DNA from: an uncultured Campylobacterales bacterium
GTDB lineage: Bacteria > Campylobacterota > Campylobacteria > Campylobacterales > QNZT01
Direction of reading: 5' to 3'
DNA: 64,000 nucleotides
Assembly (NCBI GenBank): GCA_964622255.1
Contig: CAZUPK010000012.1
Location: forward strand, 279-64,278
This document shows positions 8,487-21,336 of this stretch, piece after piece. Position 1 is the first letter of the stretch. Each line of letters begins with the position of its first letter. A program made the position numbers and the translations under genes. The notes under the pieces were generated by a model that was not told the DNA's origin, searched no databases, and was given only the letters and a program-made list of their open reading frames with translations.

Positions 8487-9719
8487 TTACCAATCTATCG
8501 ATTGAATTTTCCCTACATTTAAAGGGAAAAGAAAACTCCTATTTGCATTTAACCTTATTATTCCTATTGCACTTTTATTACCCATATATTTAATAAAAAT
8601 AATACTCTCTCCATTAGAGCCAAATCTAGGATACATATTTTTTCCGGTTTGAGTAAGTTTTCTTATACTATCAGTTTGAGTAGATATAAGATAGAGATTA
8701 AATACATTGTCTCCAAAAGCTCTATTTGTCTCTCTTGATGAGTAAACTATATATTTTCCAAAAGTTGAACACGAACTATTGTTTCTACCGTGATAAACCA
8801 TTTGAGAAACTTTGCCACCATAGAGAGGTTTTGAAAAAATATTTGGATATCCAAGCCTTGAAGATACAAAAACTATCCCTGCACCATCATCAACAAAGTT
8901 ACCACCAACATCTATACCGTCAAAGGTTGTAAGTCGCCTCTTACTACCATCATTTATATCCATAAGATATATATCTGGTTGGTCATTTGGAGCCATAGTA
9001 ACTAATATCTTTGAACCATCCTTACTAACATCCGAACAAACTATCATACCTGAACTTGATGCAATTTTTTGCTTACTACCACTATAAATATCAACTTTAT
9101 AAAGAGTTGGTTCTCCACTCGCATAAGATGTATAAAAAAATGCCGTTTGCTTATCATTTGCCCATTTTGGAAAGATATTTAATCCTCCACTCACCATAAT
9201 TTTTTGAAATGTAAGTGTATAATCTGCAATAACAACCGAACTGCTCCCTGCAGATGTGTATTTAGAAAATATCACATATCTCTTCATCCAATCAATGGAC
9301 GGAAGTTTAAAATATCTGTTTAAATCAACTACTATAGTATGAGATAAAAAAGGGTATCTAGAACTATCCGAGATAGAATATCTTTTTTTGTATAAAACCC
9401 TTTTTGTTGCAAGATTTTCTAAAATAACACTCCCCACCAAACCTATACCATTAGATTTAAAATTGCATTTTAAACCCAAACCATCACTTAAGTCTGATGC
9501 TAAGTTTTGCACTGAATCATTTACTATAAAGTGTGTAGTGACTTTTATATCTCCAATAATAAGTTTTAAAAATCTACTCTTATTTGGAAAAACACCACTA
9601 CCACTATCCACCACACTAATATTACGCTTTTTATCTATCTTTTTTACTATCTCTATTGTAGAGTCATATGAATACAAAGTTGAAATTATTAACCAAACTA
9701 CTGCTAAATATTTAATCAC
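8487..9719 (-). CDS. tolB: Tol-Pal system beta-propeller protein TolB
   Basis: Signal peptide, an N-terminal alpha/beta domain and then repeated propeller blades (PKWANDKQ..., SKDGSKILVTM..., DINDGSKRRLT...). Lies between the tolA-like gene and pal. Confidence 0.85.
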   Translation of the reverse strand: MIKYLAVVWLIISTLYSYDSTIEIVKKIDKKRNISVVDSGSGVFPNKSRFLKLIIGDIKVTTHFIVNDSVQNLASDLSDGLGLKCNFKSNGIGLVGSVILENLATKRVLYKKRYSISDSSRYPFLSHTIVVDLNRYFKLPSIDWMKRYVIFSKYTSAGSSSVVIADYTLTFQKIMVSGGLNIFPKWANDKQTAFFYTSYASGEPTLYKVDIYSGSKQKIASSSGMIVCSDVSKDGSKILVTMAPNDQPDIYLMDINDGSKRRLTTFDGIDVGGNFVDDGAGIVFVSSRLGYPNIFSKPLYGGKVSQMVYHGRNNSSCSTFGKYIVYSSRETNRAFGDNVFNLYLISTQTDSIRKLTQTGKNMYPRFGSNGESIIFIKYMGNKSAIGIIRLNANRSFLFPLNVGKIQSIDW

Positions 9720-10502
9720 CTACAACTCCTCTTTATCAGCAAATACAAACTCTGCCTCGATATATCTACCATTATTATATGGTGGAAATTTTTCCCTTAC
9801 TAAATTATCAAGAAATTGCTTAAGCTTTGTATCAAAAAAATAATTAAATGATAATTTTAAGTTTCGATAAAACAATCTACCTTTATTATCTATTTTTATG
9901 ATTACTGTTGCCTTTAAACCATCTTTTGTTCCTACCGTTTGGTTCCATTTTGGCATAATTATAGAGCTTATTTTTGACCAAAATTTATCGTCATAATCAC
10001 CTTTTACTTTATTATTTTTATTCTTAAGTATTTTTTTTATCTTCATAAGCTCTTTTGTTATATCTTTACTATTAAGATTAGCACTTTTAAGAAGTCCTTT
10101 TGCTTTTATCTTTTTCAATCTACTAGCTCGTGCTTTTTCCTCTTTTAATTTTTCCTCTATCTTATTTGCATCCCTTTTAACCCTCATAGTTGAAAAAAGT
10201 TCTCTTACATTTTTTTCAATCAAATCTCTACTATCGCTCTTTGTTTTTTTATCTCTCTTTGAAAAAACTTTCCCAATTTTTGACTTTTTCTCTTTTTTTA
10301 AAGATGGTTGTTTTTGACTTGTTTTACTATTTAAAAGTATATCATCAAGATTTACAACTATAGATTTTTCCTCATCATAACCAAATCTTTTTAAATCCTT
10401 TAAATCGTCGTGATATATTTTAACTACCAAAAAAACTATAAAAAAATAAAAAAGTATTGCACCTATAAAAGAAACTATGTTGATAAGTCTTGTATTAACC
10501 AT
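9720..10502 (-). CDS. TolA-like / TonB-C family energy-transducer protein
   Basis: Single N-terminal TM helix, a Lys/Glu-rich extended region and a C-terminal ~80-aa TonB/TolA-type domain. Lies between tolR and tolB. Confidence 0.55.
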   Translation of the reverse strand: MVNTRLINIVSFIGAILFYFFIVFLVVKIYHDDLKDLKRFGYDEEKSIVVNLDDILLNSKTSQKQPSLKKEKKSKIGKVFSKRDKKTKSDSRDLIEKNVRELFSTMRVKRDANKIEEKLKEEKARASRLKKIKAKGLLKSANLNSKDITKELMKIKKILKNKNNKVKGDYDDKFWSKISSIIMPKWNQTVGTKDGLKATVIIKIDNKGRLFYRNLKLSFNYFFDTKLKQFLDNLVREKFPPYNNGRYIEAEFVFADKEEL

Positions 10503-10884
10503 TTGTTAAAAGTGACACCTTTGAAAATCCTGACTCTTTTAAAACTTTCAAAACATACATAACATCATTGTATTTTAAATCTTTATCAGCCTTTATAAAA
10601 ACTACTGTTTTTTTATCATATTTTTTACTATTAAGCAAAAAATTGTCTGCAAAATTATCAAAATTATACCTGTTGTCTTTTATATAAATAACTCTATTTC
10701 CATCTATTCTAACAGTCAAATCCGCTATCTTTTTTACTGATTTTTTTTGGCTACCAACAGGAAGCTTTATATCTTCTTCATAAACCATAACCGGAGCAGT
10801 TACCATAAGTATAGCCATAAGAACTAGCATAATATCAACAAGTGGAGTGATATTTAAATCTGGATTATCATCCCAATCATACAT
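10495..10884 (-). CDS. tolR: biopolymer transport protein TolR/ExbD
   Basis: The N-terminus NITPLVDIMLVLMAILMV with the conserved Asp in the TM helix is typical of the ExbD/TolR family. Confidence 0.8.
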   Translation of the reverse strand: MYDWDDNPDLNITPLVDIMLVLMAILMVTAPVMVYEEDIKLPVGSQKKSVKKIADLTVRIDGNRVIYIKDNRYNFDNFADNFLLNSKKYDKKTVVFIKADKDLKYNDVMYVLKVLKESGFSKVSLLTNG

Positions 10885-10891
10885 AACTAAC

Positions 10892-11461
10892 TCAATAATC
10901 TTTATATGTTTTTAGTTTTAATATATCAATCTCTCTTTGAACAAGTGAGATATACTCATAGGCCTTTCTTTTTAATATAAGATGTATGCTATAAGCTGGA
11001 ATAGCAACAAAAATTCCCACTGCAGTCGCCACTAAAGCCTCACTAATAGCAGGTGCTATGACATTTAAACTAGCACTTCCAGCATCTCCCAACTTACTAA
11101 AAGTCTTAAGTATAGATACTATAGTTCCAAAAAGTCCAATAAAGGGAGAAGTTGAGGAGATTATCGCAAGAGTGGATAATCCCTGAGTTACACCTTCTTC
11201 AGCAAAACTTTTGCAAACTGATAAAAGTTCTGTGGTATTACCACCTTTAATACATTTGCTTAAAACTGACTCTTTTTTGATACTACCATCACCTTTAAGC
11301 AAACCATTTAAGGAGTCTTTTTCTATCTTTTCTAAAGCAGTTATTGTTACAGATTTGGAAAAAAACATCCAAATCGTAACAATAAAATATATAGACAACC
11401 ATACAAACACGATGATAGATGCGATACCACCGCCAAATATGAAGTCTAAGACTGTCCCCAT
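10892..11461 (-). CDS. tolQ: MotA/TolQ/ExbB proton-channel protein
   Basis: Three TM helices and the SPFIGLFGTIVSI...ALVATAVGIFVAIPA motif of TolQ/ExbB. I chose the ATG at 11459-11461, just after the atpC stop. The ORF track uses a GTG at 11488 that overlaps atpC by 23 nt. Either start is possible. Confidence 0.8.
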   Translation of the reverse strand: MGTVLDFIFGGGIASIIVFVWLSIYFIVTIWMFFSKSVTITALEKIEKDSLNGLLKGDGSIKKESVLSKCIKGGNTTELLSVCKSFAEEGVTQGLSTLAIISSTSPFIGLFGTIVSILKTFSKLGDAGSASLNVIAPAISEALVATAVGIFVAIPAYSIHLILKRKAYEYISLVQREIDILKLKTYKDY

Positions 11462-11465
11462 AATA

Positions 11466-11858
11466 TTATAAAAATCCCTTTGTGGCACTTTCTAACTTAC
11501 TTTTTGCAGCAGCTATAGCCATATCATTATCCCCAATACTAGCTATTAGCTCATTAGCCTCTTCAATCTTTGCCTTTATCTCACTATCACTACCACCAAT
11601 AGCAACAGCACCATCAGCAAGGATAGTTATACCACTCTCTTCTATTTTTATATGTCCCCAATTTATAGCAACCAAACCTTTTGTTCCATCTGCTTTTTCA
11701 TACTCGATAACACCAGCTTGAAGAAGAGTTATCAAAGATGCATGACGAGGAAGTATCCCAAACTCCCCCTCTTTTCCCGGAACAGTTACCATTTTTACTT
11801 GGTCATCAAATAGTGCACCTTGTGGAGTAACTATTTCTAATCTCATTGTTTCCATCAA
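11466..11858 (-). CDS. atpC: F1 ATP synthase epsilon subunit
   Basis: LEIVTPQGALFDDQVKMVTVPGKEGEFGILPRHASLIT is the canonical epsilon N-terminal beta-sandwich. Follows atpD. Confidence 0.9.
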   Translation of the reverse strand: MMETMRLEIVTPQGALFDDQVKMVTVPGKEGEFGILPRHASLITLLQAGVIEYEKADGTKGLVAINWGHIKIEESGITILADGAVAIGGSDSEIKAKIEEANELIASIGDNDMAIAAAKSKLESATKGFL

Positions 11859-11891
11859 TTATCCTTTTTGAACAAAAAGATAGGTTCCACC

Positions 11892-14205
<2,314 letters not shown>

Positions 14206-14216
14206 CTTTGCTTACC

Positions 14217-15734
14217 TTATTTTACTACAAAAGTTGATTTAAACTCTTCCAAAACTGACTTTAACTCTTCTGTTATCTTATCATCAAGTTTTTTCTCTGT
14301 TTTTATACTTTCAAATAAAGCTGGATATTTAGCCTCTACAAATGAATATAACTCAGCCTCAAATTTTGTTACATCTTCAGCTGGAATATCATCTAAATAG
14401 CCATTTGCACCAGCAAATATGATAACAATCTGTTTTTCAATCGGTAGTGGTGAATATGGTCCTTGTTTTAGAACCTCAACCATCCTTTGTCCTCTTTCAA
14501 GTTGCTTTCTTGTGCTTTCGTCAAGGTCACTAGCAAACTGTGCAAATGCTTGAAGCTCTCTATACTGTGCTAGGTCAAGTCTTAATGTTCCTGAAACTTG
14601 TTTAGTAGCTTTTATCTGTGCAGCACCACCAACCCTAGAAACTGATAAACCAACATTGATTGCAGGTCTAATACCAGAGTTAAATAAATCTGTCTCAAGG
14701 AATATTTGTCCATCTGTAATAGAAATAACATTTGTAGGAATATATGCTGAAACATCTCCCGCTTGAGTTTCAATAATAGGAAGTGCAGTTAAAGAACCAG
14801 CACCTAAAGCATCACTAACTTTAGCAGCTCTTTCTAGCAATCTTGAGTGAAGATAGAAAACATCACCCGGATATGCTTCCCTTCCTGGAGGTCTTCTAAG
14901 AATCAAAGACATCTCTCTATATGCAACAGCATGTTTACTAAGATCATCATATACTATTAAAGCATGTCTTGCATTGTCCCTAAAATATTCACCCATTGTA
15001 ACACCGGCATATGGTGCTAAAAATTGAAGTGCAGCTGAATCACTAGCACCAGCATTTACAACTATGGTATAATCCATAGCTCCTTTTTCAGTAAGTTTTC
15101 TAACAACTTGTGCAACTGTTGATTGTTTTTGTCCTATTGCAACATAGATACAGACAACATCTTGTCCTTTTTGATTGATGATAGCATCAACAGCAACCGT
15201 AGTTTTTCCTGTTTGTCTATCACCAATAATAAGCTCTCTTTGCCCTCTTCCGATTGGAACAAGTGCATCAATAGCTTTAATACCAGTTTGTAAAGGCTCG
15301 TGAACCGATTTTCTAGCCATAATTCCAGGAGCTTTTTCTTCAACAAATCTAAACTCCACCGCTTCTATAGCACCTTTTCCATCCAATGGCTCTCCGAGAG
15401 GATTTACAACTCTTCCTATAAGAGCATCACCAACAGGAACTTTCAATAATTGTCCAGTTCTTTTAACACTAGTTCCCTCTTTGATCTCTCCACCTTGTCC
15501 AAGAACAACAATACCTACACTAGACTCTTCTAGGTTAAGTGCCATACCCTTATCACCGGTATCAAACTCAACCATTTCACCAGCCATAATGTTACTTAAA
15601 CCATATACAACTGCTATACCGTCAGCAAAACTTATAACCTTTCCCGTCTCCTCGACATCTACATTTAGCTCAAAATTTTCGATTCTCTCTTTTATTAAAG
15701 AGCTTATCTCATCAGCTCTGATTTTACCGCTCAC
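14217..15734 (-). CDS. atpA: F1 ATP synthase alpha subunit
   Basis: Walker A GDRQTGKT, with full-length AtpA-like sequence. Confidence 0.95.
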   Translation of the reverse strand: MSGKIRADEISSLIKERIENFELNVDVEETGKVISFADGIAVVYGLSNIMAGEMVEFDTGDKGMALNLEESSVGIVVLGQGGEIKEGTSVKRTGQLLKVPVGDALIGRVVNPLGEPLDGKGAIEAVEFRFVEEKAPGIMARKSVHEPLQTGIKAIDALVPIGRGQRELIIGDRQTGKTTVAVDAIINQKGQDVVCIYVAIGQKQSTVAQVVRKLTEKGAMDYTIVVNAGASDSAALQFLAPYAGVTMGEYFRDNARHALIVYDDLSKHAVAYREMSLILRRPPGREAYPGDVFYLHSRLLERAAKVSDALGAGSLTALPIIETQAGDVSAYIPTNVISITDGQIFLETDLFNSGIRPAINVGLSVSRVGGAAQIKATKQVSGTLRLDLAQYRELQAFAQFASDLDESTRKQLERGQRMVEVLKQGPYSPLPIEKQIVIIFAGANGYLDDIPAEDVTKFEAELYSFVEAKYPALFESIKTEKKLDDKITEELKSVLEEFKSTFVVK

Positions 15735-15759
15735 TAACTTCTCCTTATTGATTTTTTAT

Positions 15760-16287
15760 TTACATTGCTTTCAAAATATACTCAGTCAACTGAGATTTTA
15801 GCCTATCAGTTGAAAATGCCATCTCAACACCTAAGCTCTCCACCTCCACCTTGATACCTTTATAATCACTTTTTATAGCTTCTAATTTTATAGAAGTATC
15901 AAACTTTTTACTTAAATTTTCAGCTATTTGAGTAACCTTTTCACTTGCTAACTCTTTATCGCTAATAACAACACCTCTATGTCTGTTTAAAATACTTGCA
16001 ACTTCATAATCCATCTCACTTGCAATAGAAGGTATAAGATCAAGCTTTCCATTGTCAGCCAATAGCTTAAAGAGATTTATAACTTTCTTATCACACCCCT
16101 CTATCAAAGATGATAAAAATTCAACTTTTCTCTCTTTTGATATATCATTTGCATAAAGAATAGTTTTTAACTTCATATCTTTAAAAGCCGGTGCAATACT
16201 CAAAAGCGAAGCAGAAACATCCGCTAACTTTGACTTATCAAGTGATTCAACCAAGGCCTTTACATACTTTTTACTTATATCACCCAT
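15760..16287 (-). CDS. atpH: F1 ATP synthase delta (OSCP) subunit
   Basis: Size, helical N-terminal domain and position between atpF and atpA. Confidence 0.85.
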   Translation of the reverse strand: MGDISKKYVKALVESLDKSKLADVSASLLSIAPAFKDMKLKTILYANDISKERKVEFLSSLIEGCDKKVINLFKLLADNGKLDLIPSIASEMDYEVASILNRHRGVVISDKELASEKVTQIAENLSKKFDTSIKLEAIKSDYKGIKVEVESLGVEMAFSTDRLKSQLTEYILKAM

Positions 16288-16288
16288 A

Positions 16289-16801
16289 TTAAGCCACCTT
16301 TTTGTCTATGATATTTATTAGTTCATCCTCACTCAAAGACAAACCATTACTGCTAAATAAGCTATCCATAATCTCACTTACAACCTCTGTAGCCATCTTT
16401 TTCTCTAAAACCTCTTTTTTAGACTCAAAAGATTTTATGAGATTTTTTATATCACTTTTTGAAGCCTCTTTTAGCTTTTCAATCTGAAGTTCAGCCTCTT
16501 TATGAGCTAGTTCAACCAACTCTTTTGCCTCTTCTTCACTCTCTTTTACTCTTTGAACAGCCTTTTGTTTTAACTCTTTTGTCTTTTCAACTTTTGCCTG
16601 TAAAGATGAAAGCTTATCAGCTATCTCTTTTGTCCGAGTAGTAAAAAACACTTTCACTTTATCTGCTATGAGATAGTATAAAATACCAGCAAATATAGAA
16701 AAATTTATAACTCTAGCCACTATGTCGCTACCCTCACTTGCCTCTTCTGAAGCAAACAAAAACACCGGAACAAATACTAATAATGTAATAATCAACTTCA
16801 A
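16289..16801 (-). CDS. atpF: Fo ATP synthase subunit b
   Basis: One N-terminal TM helix followed by a long charged coiled coil. Position upstream of atpH. Confidence 0.8.
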   Translation of the reverse strand: MKLIITLLVFVPVFLFASEEASEGSDIVARVINFSIFAGILYYLIADKVKVFFTTRTKEIADKLSSLQAKVEKTKELKQKAVQRVKESEEEAKELVELAHKEAELQIEKLKEASKSDIKNLIKSFESKKEVLEKKMATEVVSEIMDSLFSSNGLSLSEDELINIIDKKVA

Positions 16802-16811
16802 ACAAACTCCT

Positions 16812-17234
16812 TTATATGCTTTTTAATTTTGCTTCAAGATCACTTTTGTATTGACCCACATTTGCACCCAACTCACTTTTTAAAGCCTCTTTTCTTAAAG
16901 CTAACTCAGTTAAAAAAATATCCATCTCTTTTTCTAACTCCAACTTCTTAGCTTCATAAGCTTTAGCTATCTCCTCTTTTGCTTTAGAAATCAAAGAAGT
17001 TTTGATCTCATTTGCTCTAGCTTTCGCTTCAGAAATATTTTTTTGTATCTCCTCCTCCAATGCATGGATTTCTCCATCATTAGAACTAACATTTGCCATA
17101 TCCTCAGCAATACTCTCCTCTCTTTTTTCCATAAACTCCATCAATGGAATATACATCACCTTATTTAAAATATAAATAAGAGCTAAAAAGAGAACCACCA
17201 CAAATATAAGAATTCCTACACTAATATCTAACAT
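16812..17234 (-). CDS. Fo ATP synthase subunit b'
   Basis: A second b-type protein (TM helix plus coiled coil) immediately upstream of atpF, as in Campylobacterota atp clusters. Confidence 0.75.
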   Translation of the reverse strand: MLDISVGILIFVVVLFLALIYILNKVMYIPLMEFMEKREESIAEDMANVSSNDGEIHALEEEIQKNISEAKARANEIKTSLISKAKEEIAKAYEAKKLELEKEMDIFLTELALRKEALKSELGANVGQYKSDLEAKLKSI

Positions 17235-17289
17235 CTACTTCCTTTAAAATTTTATTGCTTCAAAAATTTGGGCGATTATACCATAATCT

Positions 17290-18159
17290 TTATAAAAGCT
17301 TATTTAAAATAGTTAAAAACTTCCCTATGCTATCTTCATCTTCAAAACCAATAACAAGCTTGTTTCTACTGTTTTTAGCTTCGAACCCTAGTTTTTTTAT
17401 CACTTTAACAACATCATCAACCTTCCTTATAAATAAGTCATCATCATCAGGTTTTATATCCTTTTTCTTTTCACCTTCATTTTTATTTTTAAGCCTTTTT
17501 ATAAGTTCTTCACACTCTCTAACACTTAGCTTTTGTTCTACAACAGTATCTGCTATAACTTTTTCACTTTCTTCATCAAGTCCAACTAAGATTTTTGCAT
17601 GACCTTGAGTTAGTTTTCCTTTATTTATCAACTCCTGAGTATGAGGCGAAAGATTTAAAAGTCTCATAGTATTTGCTATATGAGAACGACTTTTACAGAT
17701 AATCTCACTTAACTCCTCTTGAGTTATATTATACTCTTTAATAAGCTCTTTATAAGACTCTGCTAACTCTATAGGAGTAAGGTCCTCTCTTTGGATATTT
17801 TCTATAAGAGCTAACTCTCTTAAGTTTTTTGACTCTAAATCAGCCACAATAGCATCTATTTTATCATATCCTGCCATTTTACTAGCACGAAATCTTCTCT
17901 CCCCTGCTATTATCATATAGTCATCATCTTTTTTAACAACAACTATCGGTTGTAAAACTCCATGTTTTTTTATAGAGTTACTAAGACTCTGAAGTGCATC
18001 CTCATCAAAATGCTTTCTAGGTTGATAGACATTTGGTATTATTTTCTTTAATGGTATCTTTTTAACTATAGAGCTATCACTTTGAATATCCTGCTTATAG
18101 GCCTCTTCAACATCATCTAAAATAGCACTAAGCCCCCTACCTAATCTACTTTTTGCCAT
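17290..18159 (-). CDS. parB: chromosome partitioning protein ParB/Spo0J
   Basis: RLGRGLSAIL, IVPNVYQPRKHF and IIAGERRFRASKMAG are the ParB boxes. An HTH region is present. Confidence 0.9.
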   Translation of the reverse strand: MAKSRLGRGLSAILDDVEEAYKQDIQSDSSIVKKIPLKKIIPNVYQPRKHFDEDALQSLSNSIKKHGVLQPIVVVKKDDDYMIIAGERRFRASKMAGYDKIDAIVADLESKNLRELALIENIQREDLTPIELAESYKELIKEYNITQEELSEIICKSRSHIANTMRLLNLSPHTQELINKGKLTQGHAKILVGLDEESEKVIADTVVEQKLSVRECEELIKRLKNKNEGEKKKDIKPDDDDLFIRKVDDVVKVIKKLGFEAKNSRNKLVIGFEDEDSIGKFLTILNKLL

Positions 18160-18174
18160 TAATCTCTCCTAATC

Positions 18175-18960
18175 CTAACCTGCTAGTATGGTTTGAGCTA
18201 AATTTTGATAAGCTCTTGAACCCATTGATTTCACATCATATTCCACTATGGACTTTCCAAAGCTTGGAGATTCAGCAAGTTTAATATTTCTTGGTATGAC
18301 TATGTAAGAAGATGTTTTTGGCTCTATAAAAAGTTTATTTTTAAAGTGTTGTTTCAAATCCATAAAAACTTGTTTAGAAAGATTGTTTTGACTACTATAC
18401 ATAGTAGGTAGGAAACCTTTTATGTTGAGCTTAGGATTTATGGTCTTTTTGATAAGCTTCACAGTATTTAAAAGCTGTGCCAACCCTTCAAGTGCATAAA
18501 ATTCACACTGGATAGGTATGATAACAGAGTCTGCCGCACTCAAAGCATTTACTGTTATAGGACCAAGAGCCGGTGGTGTATCTATGATGATATAATCATA
18601 ACTACTTACAACTTCTTCCAACTTATTTTTTAATATAAGCTCTTTACCCTTAGCATCGCCATCATAAAAATCCTTTTCTATACCAACTAACCCAATATTT
18701 GATGGAACTAAATCAAGTGTAGGTATAGATGTTCTTAAAGTAATGTCAGAAACTTTTTTTATATCAAGCAACACATGATAGATATTGTATTCATAATCAC
18801 TTCTAACATATCCTAGTCCACTTGTAGCATTTGCCTGTGGATCTATATCTATAAGAAGAATTTTCTTCTCCTCAACTGCCAAAGAAGCTGCAAGATTTAC
18901 AGCAGTCGTAGTTTTCCCAACTCCACCCTTTTGGTTTGCAATAGCTATAACTTCACCCAT
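18175..18960 (-). CDS. parA: chromosome partitioning ATPase ParA/Soj
   Basis: Deviant Walker A KGGVGKTT. Start set at MGEVIAIANQKGG (ATG 18958-18960), which overlaps the birA stop by 8 nt. Confidence 0.9.
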   Translation of the reverse strand: MGEVIAIANQKGGVGKTTTAVNLAASLAVEEKKILLIDIDPQANATSGLGYVRSDYEYNIYHVLLDIKKVSDITLRTSIPTLDLVPSNIGLVGIEKDFYDGDAKGKELILKNKLEEVVSSYDYIIIDTPPALGPITVNALSAADSVIIPIQCEFYALEGLAQLLNTVKLIKKTINPKLNIKGFLPTMYSSQNNLSKQVFMDLKQHFKNKLFIEPKTSSYIVIPRNIKLAESPSFGKSIVEYDVKSMGSRAYQNLAQTILAG

Positions 18961-19594
18961 CTTTGCTATATATCCTTTTTCCATTTATTTGTATAGAACC
19001 ATCACTACAAATCTCCGCCTCTCTCAAAGAGATTTTTTCTCCATCTTTGTATGTAGTTTTATGTGATTTTGACCTGGTAAATTCTACCTGATATTTACTA
19101 AAAATACTCTTCCATAAAATAACTTGTTTTACATTTAAAATAAACTCTTCAAGCAACTCATTATTTTCCAATTTTATATCAATATTTTTGAAATTTTTTG
19201 GAGACTTTTTTGTGTTCAATCCTATAGAAATAATAATATTTTTTCCAACCATTTGAGATAACACCCCTCCGACCTTTTTATCTTGAAGATAAAAATCATT
19301 TGGCCACTTTAACCAAACCTTAGATCCCTTTTTTTCCAAAATCTCTTTAAAAATATAGGCAAAATAGATACTTATACTTTGTAAAGGCAAATCTTTTGGC
19401 AGATAATCTCTTGTAACAGCCATAGAAAAAAAAAGATTGCCCTTTATACTTTGCCAACTTTTTCCTCTGGTTCCTATAGCATCAGTCTGTTCGTCGGCTA
19501 CAACCACAACAGGAACAAATAGTTTTTTCTCTTTAAGATTTTTTAATAAAAACTTATGAGTAGAATCTAATCTTTCAAAATAAAGTATCTCCAA
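18953..19594 (-). CDS. birA: biotin-[acetyl-CoA-carboxylase] ligase (class I, no HTH)
   Basis: GTRGKSWQS (the GRGRxGRxW-like biotin-binding loop) and WPNDFYL. About 210 aa. Confidence 0.8.
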   Translation of the reverse strand: MEILYFERLDSTHKFLLKNLKEKKLFVPVVVVADEQTDAIGTRGKSWQSIKGNLFFSMAVTRDYLPKDLPLQSISIYFAYIFKEILEKKGSKVWLKWPNDFYLQDKKVGGVLSQMVGKNIIISIGLNTKKSPKNFKNIDIKLENNELLEEFILNVKQVILWKSIFSKYQVEFTRSKSHKTTYKDGEKISLREAEICSDGSIQINGKRIYSKDG

Positions 19595-20495
19595 CTGACA
19601 ACCTCTTCCCTCTTAAATAATCAACAGCTTTCATCTCTTTTTTTGAAGGAGGCTGGACTAAAAAGATTTTCAAACTTCCTCTTTTGCAACCAACCATTAT
19701 AAACTCACTTTCTATCTTTAAAATCTCACCCTCTTTATTATTGGTTTTGCTATCACTTAGGGTTATCTTTTTTAGTTTTAAACCACTTTTTAAAAAGATA
19801 TTTGGCCACCAAAGATATGCAAGATATTTTTGATAAATCTTTTTAGCATCATCAAAAGTTACCAATCCATCCTCTTTTTTTATCTTTTTACAATAAGTTG
19901 CTAAAAGGGGATTTTGCTTTAATGGTTTGATTTTTTGAAAATTTAACAAAACTTCTACTGTTAAATCACTAGCTAAAAAAGATAGTTTTTCAAAGAGTGT
20001 TGGAGCATCTATATCTTTTATACATATATAACTCATTCCCAAAATATCTCCGCTATCAAGCCCCTCATCCATAAGCATAGCAGTAACCCCAGAAAAATTA
20101 TCACCATTTTTTATAGCATCTTGAATAGGACTAGCACCTCGATATTTTGGTAAAATCGATGCGTGAAGATTTATACAAGGAGCGATTTTAAGTATGGACT
20201 TTGGAAGTATCTGTCCGTAAGCTGCTACTATTATAAAATCCGGACTTAACTCTTTTATTTTTAAAACATTTTCCTCATCCCTTAATTTTTTAGGTTGAAA
20301 AATAGGTATATCCAAATCACTTTCAACAACATATTTTTTAACATCCGGAGGAGTTAAAATCTGCTTTCTTCCCACCGGTTTATCCTCCTGAGTAAAAAGA
20401 GCTACCACCTCTGTTCTACTATGTTTTATGAGTGCTTTTAAAATATTTGTAGCATATGAGGGGGTTCCCATAAATATAATTTTTATTTTTTGCAA
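19575..20495 (-). CDS. fmt: methionyl-tRNA formyltransferase
   Basis: IIFMGTPSYA, INLHASILPKYRGASPIQ and the C-terminal Fmt domain. Confidence 0.9.
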   Translation of the reverse strand: MQKIKIIFMGTPSYATNILKALIKHSRTEVVALFTQEDKPVGRKQILTPPDVKKYVVESDLDIPIFQPKKLRDEENVLKIKELSPDFIIVAAYGQILPKSILKIAPCINLHASILPKYRGASPIQDAIKNGDNFSGVTAMLMDEGLDSGDILGMSYICIKDIDAPTLFEKLSFLASDLTVEVLLNFQKIKPLKQNPLLATYCKKIKKEDGLVTFDDAKKIYQKYLAYLWWPNIFLKSGLKLKKITLSDSKTNNKEGEILKIESEFIMVGCKRGSLKIFLVQPPSKKEMKAVDYLRGKRLSVGDTLF

Positions 20496-21244
20496 AATAA
20501 AGTTCCCCCGTCGTGATTGTTATATAAAAGAAAACTTCTTACATCCTTTAAGTCAAACCCACTAGCTAAAAACATCTCTTTATCATTATTTAAAAGAAAC
20601 TTAGCAGATTTTAATTTTGTAACAATACCTCCTGTTGCAAACTCACTACTTGGTGTATGCTCAGAGTTTAACTCCTTGTTGGTTATATTGTGAACCACTT
20701 TTCTAACTTTAGCATCTTTAAACTCTCTTGGATTTTTATCATATAAGGCATCAATATCAGAAAGTATCACTAACATTTGTGCATCAAAGTAGTAAGTTAC
20801 ATGAGCTGATAGTTGGTCATTGTCTCCAAATACAAGCTCTTTTATAGCTGTTGTATCATTCTCATTTATAATGGGTAAAACTCCATTTTTTAGAAGTGTT
20901 TCAACAGCACACTTTGCATGGGCTGTGCTTTTTCTTGAATCAAAGTTATCAGCAGTTATCAAAAGTTGTGCAACTTCTATTTCAAAAGGCTTAAAATATT
21001 TTCTATATATACTCATAAGATATGGTTGTCCAACTGCCGACATCGCTTGTTTATTTTCTACTTTGCTTTTATCAAGTTTTAAAAGTAAGCTTCCGGCACT
21101 AACAGCACCTGAACTAACAAGTATCACCTCGTATCTTTGTCTTAAATCAGCTATCAAAGAGCAAAGATTTTCTATCCTCTCAAAACTAAGTCCATCTTGT
21201 TCGCCTAAAACATGACTACCAATTTTAACAACTATTCGCCTCAT
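20483..21244 (-). CDS. proB: glutamate 5-kinase (short form without PUA)
   Basis: RIVVKIGSHVL, LVSSGAV, NENDTTA and FGDNDQLSA are amino-acid kinase family signatures of ProB. Confidence 0.9.
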   Translation of the reverse strand: MRRIVVKIGSHVLGEQDGLSFERIENLCSLIADLRQRYEVILVSSGAVSAGSLLLKLDKSKVENKQAMSAVGQPYLMSIYRKYFKPFEIEVAQLLITADNFDSRKSTAHAKCAVETLLKNGVLPIINENDTTAIKELVFGDNDQLSAHVTYYFDAQMLVILSDIDALYDKNPREFKDAKVRKVVHNITNKELNSEHTPSSEFATGGIVTKLKSAKFLLNNDKEMFLASGFDLKDVRSFLLYNNHDGGTLFCKK

Positions 21245-21249
21245 TTTAA

Positions 21250-21267
21250 TCTACCCCTTCTACCCCT
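21250..21267 (-). repeat. perfect tandem duplication of a 9-mer (minus strand AGGGGTAGA x2) in the proB ribosome-binding region
   Basis: Plus strand tctacccct tctacccct at 21250-21267, which is 6-23 nt upstream of the proB ATG (21244). Confidence 0.6.
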
Positions 21268-21336
21268 CTTTTTACTAAAGCATTACTTGGTAAAAATCTC
21301 TCACTAAAGCTTTGCCTATCGGCGAAAATAAACACT

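Noticed and set aside
9388-9843. 151-aa plus-strand ORF antisense to the tolB/tolA junction
   Set aside because: Fully overlaps two strongly supported minus-strand genes. Its composition mirrors their codon usage, so it is a shadow ORF.
17255-17602. 115-aa plus-strand ORF antisense to parB, Ser/Leu/Phe-rich
   Set aside because: Low-complexity shadow ORF on the opposite strand of a well-supported gene, as expected in AT-rich DNA. No RBS and no recognisable motif.
20820-21215. 131-aa plus-strand ORF antisense to proB, with similar cases at 55950-56318 and 60995-61330 (antisense to mreB and carB)
   Set aside because: All lie inside conserved housekeeping genes and have no motifs. Treated as spurious six-frame products.
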